Of a DNA stretch of 64,000 nt, positions 55,795 to 64,000 are shown in pieces (positions within the stretch are counted from its first letter, which is position 1; each line of letters begins with the position of its first letter). A program made the translations under genes and the position numbers. A model generated the notes under the pieces. That model was not told the origin of the DNA, did not search any database, and was given only the letters and a program-made list of their open reading frames with translations. The stretch comes from a virus, in IMG/VR virus record IMGVR_UViG_3300034122_002202, positions 1 through 64,000 of that record. One strand, written 5' to 3'.

Positions 55795-56160
55795 ATGGAC
55801 ATATATTCACAAATGGAAGATGCTTCTAACTTTTCTAAAAAGGATGAAGAAAGAAACAGGAAAAAGTATGAGACTGAATCAAAAGCAAGATTGCAAAAAA
55901 TTATAACTACTAAGCTAAGAACATCATTTATTGGTGCTCTTTCTTCTTTTGAACAAAACTTCGGAGAGATTTGGGGATATGGAATAAGTGAAGCTGATTT
56001 AACTGACAAACAAAGAAAGTGGAGGGAACTATGGGATCTGTGTAGAACAAATGTTTTGAACAATGGTAATCATCAAATTAGATCTTGCGAAAATGAGATA
56101 ATGCAGTATATTGTTTATTGGAACAGACACCAGAATATTCTTAAGCAAAAGGAGGATTAG
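55795..56160 (+). CDS. hypothetical protein
   Basis: GGAGG RBS before ATG 55795. Confidence 0.7.
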   Translation: MDIYSQMEDASNFSKKDEERNRKKYETESKARLQKIITTKLRTSFIGALSSFEQNFGEIWGYGISEADLTDKQRKWRELWDLCRTNVLNNGNHQIRSCENEIMQYIVYWNRHQNILKQKED

Positions 56161-56162
56161 TT

Positions 56163-57035
56163 ATGAGTGTCACAAATAAGAAGCAGTTTAAGGTAACTTT
56201 GGATAGCAAAGAAATCGAACTTTGTGTTGTTCGACCTAATGTTAAGCAAAGGCAAGAAGGGCAAAAGATTTACAATAAAGCATTTAGAGATGCTGTCGAA
56301 TCTGGAGCAATTCTTCGTGGTAAAGTCAATAATGTTATGCGAGAGCAGAATCTTTGGGATGATAACAAAGAAGCTGAATATCGCAAATTATTGGAAAAAA
56401 TTAATGGGGCAGAAAGAAAGATTAAGTCTGGCGGTATTAAACTCAATCAGGCTAAGGACTTAGCTCTTGAAATGAGGAAAGATCGTGCGGAACTTAGGGC
56501 TTTAACCTCTGAGCGATCATCTCTAGATAATAATACTGCTGAAGGTCAAGCAGATAATGCCCAATTCAATTACTGGGTTAGTTCGTGTACGGTGTATTCA
56601 GAGACAGGGAAAACATATTTTAGTAATTATGAAGATTACTTAAATAGAGATGACGATCCAGCAACTGGACAGGCAGCAGGAAGTCTTGCTATGTTGCTTT
56701 ATAATCTTGATCCAGATTATGAAAAGAAGCTCCCTGAGAACCAGTTTTTATCTAAATATAACTTTGTGGATGAAGAGTTGCATTTAGTTGATAAGACAGG
56801 CCGAAGGATTGATTCTGAGGGTAGGCTAGTCAATAAGGATGGTAGGTATATTAATGAGGCTGGTGAACTCATTGATATTAACGGCAATCGAGTTAACGAG
56901 GAAGGAGATTATGTTGTTGACTTCTCTCCATTCCTTGATGACGAAGGCAAGCCGATTCAAGAAAAAGTTGAAGCTGTTAAAACAACAGAAGCACCAGCAG
57001 TTGTTGTTGAACCAGCAAAGGTCGTTGAGAACTAA
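56163..57035 (+). CDS. hypothetical protein, possible tail assembly chaperone, with (D/N)xxG repeats
   Basis: AGGAGG RBS; position before tape measure. Confidence 0.55.
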   Translation: MSVTNKKQFKVTLDSKEIELCVVRPNVKQRQEGQKIYNKAFRDAVESGAILRGKVNNVMREQNLWDDNKEAEYRKLLEKINGAERKIKSGGIKLNQAKDLALEMRKDRAELRALTSERSSLDNNTAEGQADNAQFNYWVSSCTVYSETGKTYFSNYEDYLNRDDDPATGQAAGSLAMLLYNLDPDYEKKLPENQFLSKYNFVDEELHLVDKTGRRIDSEGRLVNKDGRYINEAGELIDINGNRVNEEGDYVVDFSPFLDDEGKPIQEKVEAVKTTEAPAVVVEPAKVVEN

Positions 57036-57055
57036 ACGGACAGTATCGCATAGAT

Positions 57056-57105
57056 GGGCAGGGTTTAATCGTAGAAGTAACTACGCTTATGCTCTGCCCT
57101 TTTTT
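57056..57105 (+). terminator. long hairpin + T-tract directly upstream of tape-measure RBS
   Basis: GGGCAGGGT/GCTCTGCCC outer stem, CGTAG/CTACG inner stem, T6. Confidence 0.65.
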
Positions 57106-57119
57106 ATTGAGGTATAAAA

Positions 57120-60100
57120 ATGGCTTTTAATTTAACTGCTCAATTGAATATTGCTCTCAATAGTGCTTCTTTGAGAAATGCTTCAAGTCAGATAAATTCA
57201 GCATTAAATACAAACACGCAAATAAAGCTTGGTATTGATAGAAATAGTTCTTCTGGATTGGGGCAAATAAAGTCTCAAATTTCTGAAGCTACTGATTCTA
57301 TGGAGAACTTTGGTAGACAAGCTGGCTTTGCTGCCAAAAGGTTTGCTGCATTTGCCGTTACTGCTGGCTCAATCATTGCTTTTACTAACACAATGAAAGA
57401 AGCCGTTTCTGCTGCCGTAGATTTTGATAGAGAAATGATTAGATTAAGACAAGTTTCTTCAGACACAGTACAAGATGTTGCTGCTGTAGGTGATCAAGTA
57501 ACAAATTTATCTAAAAATTTAGGTGTTTCTAGCAAGGATTTGATTGGCGTAGCAGTAGTTTTAAAACAAGCTAACTTAACTCTTTCTGAAACTAAAGATG
57601 CCTTAGAAGCAATGGCACAAGCTGCTTTAGCACCAAACTTTGATAACCTCAAAGATACGACTGAAGGTGCTATTGCTATTATGAAGCAGTTTAAGGTTGA
57701 GGCAAAAGACCTTGGTGCAGCTTTAGGTTCTGTTAATGCTGTAGCGGGTGAGTTTGCTGTTGAAGCATCAGACATTATTGAGGCGATTAGAAAGACAGGG
57801 GGTGCATTTAAAGCTGCTGGTGGTCAATTAAATGAACTTATAGCTTTATTTACATCAGTACGACAAACGACAAGAGAAAGTGCCGAAAGTATTGGTACTG
57901 GTTTGCGAACTATATTTACACGAATACAAAGAAATGATACGGCTAACGCCCTAAAAGAAGTTGGTATAAATCTTAGGTATACAGCAGAAGAGGCTAGAGC
58001 TTTAGGAGATGTTGGATTAGAACAGCAGTTTGTTGGTCCATATGAAGCAGTCAAAAGATTATCTGCTGGACTTTCTGAACTAAGGTCAACAGACCCCCGA
58101 TTTAGTGCCATTGTTGAGCAATTAGGTGGTTATAGGCAGATCAGTAAGGTTATCCCACTTATTCAAGAATTTGCTACTGCACAGAAGGCATTGGGTATAG
58201 CTCAAGCTGGTAGTGTGTCTTTAGCTGTTAATGCTGGTCAAGCACAGGATGCTCTTGCTGTAAAACTACAGAAGTTGAAGGAAAGCTTTTTTGAGGTTGG
58301 TAGAAGTATTGTTAATAGCCCCGGCTTTAGAAGTTTAGCTGATACATTCATTGGTGCTGCCACTTCTGTTTTGTCATTAATCAATTCACTTAAAGGTTTA
58401 CTCCCATTATTTACTGCCCTTGCTGCCGTAAAAATTGGTCAAGGACTTGGCTCTTTTGCCACAGGTTTTGTAAAAGGTGCTGGTGCAGATACTTCATCTA
58501 TTAAAAAGACAGGGTCAGCTAGAAAAGCAGATGGTGGTTTTCTTAGGATGCAAAAAGGTGGCATAGTTCCTGGAAGTGGAACTGGAGATAAAGTGCCAGC
58601 TTTGCTTGAGCCAGGTGAGTTGGTTGTGCCTAGAAATCAAGTTGTAAGACAAAAGTACAATCAAGAAAACATGCCAGGAAATGCTGGAGAAGTAAAAAGT
58701 GCAACAATAAAAGGAAGACAAAGATTAAAAAACAAAGAAGGGCAAAATTTATTTTCAACATTGGATTTGCCACAAAACACACGCAAGATTTCTGTATCTG
58801 AATGGTTGTCTAAAAAAATTCCTGGAAGTGAAAATATAGATGTTGATGATGAAAAACAAGTTTCAGAATATTTAGCTAAAAAGAAAAAAAATAAATCAAA
58901 TAAAGCTAAAAAAGAAACTCATTTTACTCATGGTGATTTAGGGTATACTTATGAAATTAAAGATGCAAGTGGACAAACGACACAAACAAAACATTATTCA
59001 AATATTGGTATAGATTTACCGAGCAATTGGAATTTAGATTGGAATAAACAACCAAACCATATTTTTGTTAAAGGAAAAACGCTTCAGAATTACATTCAAA
59101 AAAGAAATGTTTTTAAGACATTCCAAGGAAAAGGATCAACATCAAGTTTATATACAACAAAAGACTTAAAAGAATTTTTTAGTAAAAAAGAAAATATAAA
59201 AAATGCAAAGTCAATATTAATTAATTCAATAAATGCAGATCAAAAATATGATATTGATCCACAGGTTTCTAATTCTTTAGAACCAGCGTTTGCTAATATT
59301 AACAATTTAATCAATAAGTTTCATGACAAAGAAGAAGGCAATCAAAATTTTGGAATAACCGCATTTTCAAAAAATAAAAAAATAATAAGAGTACCAAAAA
59401 ATACTGGTGGATCGGTTAATAGACAGAGATTTATGGAAGGTGAAGAAGTAACTCATCGTAAAGCTTTTCTCGATAATTCATTTAATCCTGGCATGAAGTT
59501 AAAGTCTGCATTGCAGGACACCCCAAGAATTATATTCAAAAGACAACCAAAGGAATATGAAAAATTCCCAAACATGGATCACACATCCCCTCATTTTGAA
59601 CAATTTTCAGAAATGTTTGTTGGTTCCAGAAAAGCATCTCAGTTTAAAAGAGCCGTTGAATATCAAAGGTTGTACCAAGAAGCACTTAAAAATAATGATG
59701 TAGAATCAGCTAATAAATACGACAAACTTAATAAATTGCCAGCCAATATGAGATTGTTGGCAGCAGCAAAAGCATTGCCTTCAGCCCAAGAAAAAGCCAG
59801 AACAAATTCGTTTGAGGATGGAAATTTTGATTATGAGAAAAATCTATTAGTTAATTATAGTGGTAAAAAAACCACAACAAGACATGAATTAGGTGCTCAT
59901 GCTGCTGCTTATGGGGCTTCAAAAGAAGGTTCTCCTTTAGCAAATTCTCTTTTTGGATCTATTGGTAGGCGTATGGGGGCATATGGCAAAGGAAGCGGTG
60001 AAACGACTCTTATTTCTGAAATGCAAGCACATACTATTCAGTCTGCAAAACAAAAAGATAAAATTAACTCTTTGAAAGAGTTTATTTCTTCAGAGAAAAT

Positions 60101-63100
60101 GGCAAAACTTTATAAAAGTGAAGCTCATGGAACACTTGCTGATTCAATGCAAAAAGGTTCTGAGATACCAACAGCAGGAGTATTGGGTGGTAGACATAAA
60201 GATATAGAAATTGATGTTCTTAAAAGAATGATGCAAGATGCTTATGGAGATAATCCAGAAGTTCTAGCTGAAAAAATGTCTCTTTTAAATCCAAGTGATT
60301 CATCTAATAGGGTTAATTTTGGTGCTCTTTTTGCAGACTCAAAAGAAACTAAAAGATATGCTTTTGGTGGAAATGTAGGCAGACAAATGTTTGCTGATGG
60401 CGATAAGGCTACTGCAAAGCCACAAAGCTTTGAAGAATTTTCTAAAGGATTAAACCCAAAACAATTGGCAGATTTTAAAGAAAAAATAAAATCAGCTAAA
60501 CAAATAATAGTAAATGCAAGAACATCTGGATCAATGAAATTAAAGTCTGTTGGATTTAATTTTCTTGGTACAAAATTTAATATGATACCAAATAAAGATC
60601 TTGCAGACAAAGGAAGTGCAAAATCAAAAGATGGAAAACCAACATATGACTTAAAAGGAGTTAAATCTTTAGATGAGCTTCTTTCTAAAATACCACCAAA
60701 TTATTCAGAAGAACTAAGAGCAAAAATTGGTAGAGCACAAGATAAGTTTCTAGGAACAAAAAATATTAAAGACCTTAAGTTTGCTTATGATTTTGGCGAT
60801 AAGCGTGGCCCATTAAATATACAGCTAGAAAAAGATGTGATAAAATTTGGAAGTATTGCTTCATTTCCTTGGAAACCAAAAACAAGAAAAGAAAAACGCA
60901 CTGAAGAATTAAGAATAGCCACAGAAAGAAACGCTAGAAAAAAAGCTGAGAATATAGATAAATCAAGACAAAAATCAGAAACGGCATCAGGATTAAGTTC
61001 TTTAATTTCATCAATAGATGAAGAAAATCAACAAAATAAATTTTACGGAATCGCTAGAGATACAAAAGTATTTGAGGGTTCAGATCAATATAAAGAGTTA
61101 CAAAAAAAATTAGCTTTAGATAGACAGCGAAGAGAAGGAAGAGGACTGCCTAATTCAACAGAAAGCGTAGAGCCAGAAAATCTAATTGGAATAAATGAAA
61201 ACTATAAAGCAATTCAACCTATTAGTGGAACATCGCCACAAGCACAAAAATTAAGAATGCAAATGGAAGAAAGGGAATTTCAAGGCCCAATTATTGGAAT
61301 AGCAAAAAACCAAAAAACTAAAAAAGAACCAAGAGTTAAAAAAACAGAAAGTGAAAGATATAAATTAGCAAGAACACAATCTGCACCAAGACAAGAAAAA
61401 ACCTTATTTGATGAAAGCGAACTTTCTAAAATAGGTACATATCAAACACAAGAACAGAAGTTTAAAGACAATGCTGATAAGATAAAGAGATTTAGGGATG
61501 CAGCAAGTGAAAGTGCTAGAGTTAAATTTAACTTAAATCCAAGACAACAAAGAAGAGCAATAGCTAATGAAAATTTGGCAGATAACTTAATGAGTTTAAG
61601 GTCTAAGGGAACTGGAAAGCCAATCGTATCACAGGCACAAGCAGTAGCACCAGCACCAGCACCAGCATCAATTGCTGCACAAGCAACAAATAGAAATTCT
61701 GCTGTTGAAAGTGTAATTCTTAAGGCTTTAGCTGGTAAACAAAGTGAATTCTGGAAAACACTTAGGGAAAAAGTAGGTGATAACGAATCTATTAATAAAG
61801 CACTTGCAAGCTTACAAGATCAAGGAAAAGTAGTAGGAGATCCAAACAAAATTGGTTTCTACTTACTTGCAGAAAAAAATAAAGTAGCTAAAACTCGAAA
61901 AACAAAGCCAGTTGTTTCAGAGCCAATAACAACTACTTCAACTAGAGCACCATCACCACAAATTCCAGAAGATTCCTATAATCCCTATGGTAAACCAAAA
62001 AAACCAAGGGCGAAAAAAAATACTGCCAGTTCTGCACAACAAAGCAATTTTTATAATGCACAAGAATCTGAATATCAAAAACTATTAGATAGCATTAATG
62101 CTCAGTCCAGATCTAAAAAAGTAAGTCGTTTTGCATCTGGTGGATTAGTACCAGGAACTGGCAATTCTGACACTGTTCCTATGGATTTGCCCGAAGGCTC
62201 TTTTGTAATTAGAAAGTCTTCAGTTAATAAGATAGGGGCAGATAATTTAGCAAAAGCCTCAAGATTCGCCAATGGTGGTATTGTTCCTGCGTTACTAACT
62301 CCTGGTGAATATGTATATAGTCCAGAAGAAGCAAGTAAAATTGGATCTTCAAAATTACATGCAATGAATAAGTTTGCCAAATTTGCTAGGGGTGGACCTA
62401 TTGGTCTTGGAAGAAGCGGTAAGTTTGATCCAAATAATCCAGATGATATTAAAAAATTAAAAGAAACTCTTGAAGAACAATTAAGGTATGAAGACCCAAA
62501 CAAAGATGAAAATACTGTACAAATAGAAGTTAAACAAAATACAGATGAAATACAAAGAAGAGCACAGCAATATACATCAGATGAAAATGCAAGACAACAA
62601 GCAGAAACAACTGTTAATAGTAGAAATGCATTGGTTGCTAGACAAAGAGGAAGGGTTGGTGCTTCACAACAAAATGTTAATGCTGCAAGATCAAATGTTC
62701 AATCTGCTACTACAGCAAGAGACTCATATATTGATGAGGCAAACACACAAAGAGGATTAGTTGCATCTAATCGACAAGAAGCCACAAGACAGCAAGCAAG
62801 AATAACATCTTTAACTGCTAGGGGTGCATCAGCAACTGACCCTAGATTGATTGCTGCTAATGCTGCTTTGATAGCAGCTACTACTGCGGAAGCAACTGCT
62901 AGAAATTTACAAGCTAGAGCAACAAGGAACGCAATTTCTGCTAACAATCAAGTTGTTGCTAATACAAACACACTTAATGGATTATTAGTTACGCATGGAC
63001 AAGAAGTAAGGAATTTAACTAGAGCCGAAAATGCAGCAACAACCGCAGTACAAGGTCTTGAGGCAGCAACACTAAAGGCTGAAGGATCAGCACAACTATT

Positions 63101-64000
63101 AGATGAATATCAACAAGATGCAGCAGGAAAAGTTTTGCTTGCTGGAAAAGTAATTGGAGAAACAAAGCCACTTTCTGGTCGTGGCTCAATGGAAAATATA
63201 TTAAAAAGAAAAGAAGCAGATTACGAAAAACAAACAGGTAGAAAAGCAGGAAAAAACGAAAGAGAAACATTAAAAGGTGATGCACTTTCTGAATATAGAA
63301 CGGCATCAGAAAAACAACTTAGAGCAAAAGCAGTACAAAGTGGTAAACCAATAAGCGAATTAAATCTTCAAGCTACTGCTGATCAATACACTAGGGAATT
63401 TTCTGAAGGAAAAAGAAAAGCTAATTATAATAAACAAGGAGAAATTATTGGAGATAGATCTTTAGCTGGAGATCTTACTGGTAATGCAAGAAGAGGAAAA
63501 ACAAATACTGATTATACTGCCGAAGGCGATTTAACTTCTAAAGGTAAAGTAAAAGACTTTGCTTCTAGAGCAATTTTTGGTGCAAAAAGAACTGACTTTG
63601 AAGCTGGATCAGAAGGGGATCAACAGTTTAAAGAATCAAGAGGAAGTACTTTAGCTAACAGACTAACTACTGCTGCCGTTGGAGCTAGTTTTTTAAGTGA
63701 AAGAATTAAGTCTTCTGGTGGAACAGTAGCGGGAATAGTTTCTAAGGGCGAAGGAGATACTGTAAAAGTAGATGAAGGTGCAGCTTCTAGTTTTAAATCA
63801 GCACAAGCTTTTGGTGCAGCACTAAGTTCAGCAAGTACATATGCTGCTGTTGCTGGTCAATCATTAGCTAAATATGGTCTAGTTGTTGCTGGTGTAGGTG
63901 CTGGATTAGCTGGAATAGTTGGTGCATTTGAAGGCTATCATAATGGAATAAAACAAGCAGAAGCAGAAATAAGAGAAGCAAAGATTGCTCAAGCATTAAA
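57120..64000 (+). CDS. tail tape measure protein (TP901-type N-terminus), >2290 aa, truncated by window edge; absent from ORF track
   Basis: GAGG RBS, ATG 57120; MAFNLTAQLN...AVDFDREMIRL...TRESAESIGTGLRTIFTRI; segments translated by hand stay in frame. Confidence 0.9.
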   Translation, partial: MAFNLTAQLNIALNSASLRNASSQINSALNTNTQIKLGIDRNSSSGLGQIKSQISEATDSMENFGRQAGFAAKRFAAFAVTAGSIIAFTNTMKEAVSAAVDFDREMIRLRQVSSDTVQDVAAVGDQVTNLSKNLGVSSKDLIGVAVVLKQANLTLSETKDALEAMAQAALAPNFDNLKDTTEGAIAIMKQFKVEAKDLGAALGSVNAVAGEFAVEASDIIEAIRKTGGAFKAAGGQLNELIALFTSVRQTTRESAESIGTGLRTIFTRIQRNDTANALKEVGINLRYTAEEARALGDVGLEQQFVGPYEAVKRLSAGLSELRSTDPRFSAIVEQLGGYRQISKVIPLIQEFATAQKALGIAQAGSVSLAVNAGQAQDALAVKLQKLKESFFEVGRSIVNSPGFRSLADTFIGAATSVLSLINSLKGLLPLFTALAAVKIGQGLGSFATGFVKGAGADTSSIKKTGSARKADGGFLRMQKGGIVPGSGTGDKVPALLEPGELVVPRNQVVRQKYNQENMPGNAGEVKSATIKGRQRLKNKEGQNLFSTLDLPQNTRKISVSEWLSKKIPGSENIDVDDEKQVSEYLAKKKKNKSNKAKKETHFTHGDLGYTYEIKDASGQTTQTKHYSNIGIDLPSNWNLDWNKQPNHIFVKGKTLQNYIQKRNVFKTFQGKGSTSSLYTTKDLKEFFSKKENIKNAKSILINSINADQKYDIDPQVSNSLEPAFANINNLINKFHDKEEGNQNFGITAFSKNKKIIRVPKNTGGSVNRQRFMEGEEVTHRKAFLDNSFNPGMKLKSALQDTPRIIFKRQPKEYEKFPNMDHTSPHFEQFSEMFVGSRKASQFKRAVEYQRLYQEALKNNDVESANKYDKLNKLPANMRLLAAAKALPSAQEKARTNSFEDGNFDYEKNLLVNYSGKKTTTRHELGAHAAAYGASKEGSPLANSLFGSIGRRMGAYGKGSGETTLISEMQAHTIQSAKQKDKINSLKEFISSEKMAKLYKSEAHGTLADSMQKGSEIPTAGVLGGRHKDIEIDVLKRMMQDAYGDNPEVLAEKMSLLNPSDSSNRVNFGALFADSKETKRYAFGGNVGRQMFADGDKATAKPQSFEEFSKGLNPKQLADFKEKIKSAKQIIVNARTSGSMKLKSVGFNFLGTKFNMIPNKDLADKGSAKSKDGKPTYDLKGVKSLDELLSKIPPNYSEELRAKIGRAQDKFLGTKNIKDLKFAYDFGDKRGPLNIQLEKDVIKFGSIASFPWKPKTRKEKRTEELRIATERNARKKAENIDKSRQKSETASGLSSLISSIDEENQQNKFYGIARDTKVFEGSDQYKELQKKLALDRQRREGRGLPNSTESVEPENLIGINENYKAIQPISGTSPQAQKLRMQMEEREFQGPIIGIAKNQKTKKEPRVKKTESERYKLARTQSAPRQEKTLFDESELSKIGTYQTQEQKFKDNADKIKRFRDAASESARVKFNLNPRQQRRAIANENLADNLMSLRSKGTGKPIVSQAQAVAPAPAPASIAAQATNRNSAVESVILKALAGKQSEFWKTLREKVGDNESINKALASLQDQGKVVGDPNKIGFYLLAEKNKVAKTRKTKPVVSEPITTTSTRAPSPQIPEDSYNPYGKPKKPRAKKNTASSAQQSNFYNAQESEYQKLLDSINAQSRSKKVSRFASGGLVPGTGNSDTVPMDLPEGSFVIRKSSVNKIGADNLAKASRFANGGIVPALLTPGEYVYSPEEASKIGSSKLHAMNKFAKFARGGPIGLGRSGKFDPNNPDDIKKLKETLEEQLRYEDPNKDENTVQIEVKQNTDEIQRRAQQYTSDENARQQAETTVNSRNALVARQRGRVGASQQNVNAARSNVQSATTARDSYIDEANTQRGLVASNRQEATRQQARITSLTARGASATDPRLIAANAALIAATTAEATARNLQARATRNAISANNQVVANTNTLNGLLVTHGQEVRNLTRAENAATTAVQGLEAATLKAEGSAQLLDEYQQDAAGKVLLAGKVIGETKPLSGRGSMENILKRKEADYEKQTGRKAGKNERETLKGDALSEYRTASEKQLRAKAVQSGKPISELNLQATADQYTREFSEGKRKANYNKQGEIIGDRSLAGDLTGNARRGKTNTDYTAEGDLTSKGKVKDFASRAIFGAKRTDFEAGSEGDQQFKESRGSTLANRLTTAAVGASFLSERIKSSGGTVAGIVSKGEGDTVKVDEGAASSFKSAQAFGAALSSASTYAAVAGQSLAKYGLVVAGVGAGLAGIVGAFEGYHNGIKQAEAEIREAKIAQAL

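Noticed and set aside
33459-56600. GGTGTA hits inside genes (33459, 37088, 56591) as late promoters
   Set aside because: Explained by coding sequence (Gly-Val codons at 33459 and 37088) and not close to a gene start.
54747-57119. Programmed frameshift in tail chaperone genes
   Set aside because: No convincing slippery heptamer with an extended overlapping frame was found by eye.
57275-63306. Short ORFs listed in the last 7 kb, suggesting a gene-poor or recoded region
   Set aside because: They overlap one long plus-strand tape-measure ORF from 57120, omitted from the track presumably because it has no stop in the window; no sign of stop-codon reassignment.

Overview
A 64-kb piece of a large, AT-rich, standard-code tailed dsDNA phage, probably a siphovirus (tape measure and tail tube present, no sheath seen). 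It has two divergent arms. The left arm (1-16.2 kb, minus strand) holds about 45 short, mostly unknown early-type genes, a tRNA(CAT), a DUF932-like gene, a GP88-like gene and a sigma factor. It is punctuated by 24 copies of a rigidly spaced promoter-like motif, TGAATAA-N14-CGAATAA. The intergenic gaps also carry a 17-bp operator-like box and about 10 related hairpin elements, arranged in a module that recurs three times. The right arm (16.6-64 kb, plus strand) holds a second sigma-like gene, gmd, an ERCC4 nuclease, terminase, portal, protease/scaffold and capsid genes. These are followed by Gly-X-Gln collagen-like fibres, three tandem tail-collar paralogues, and a serine protease plus two very Cys-rich proteins on Pro-Thr/Pro-Ser stalks. 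The arm ends with glycosyltransferases, neck/tail genes and a tape-measure ORF of more than 2290 aa that is missing from the ORF track, runs off the window and appears to carry cargo domains. Late genes are preceded by a GGTGTAWT motif. All family calls come from motif recognition by eye; no searches were run.
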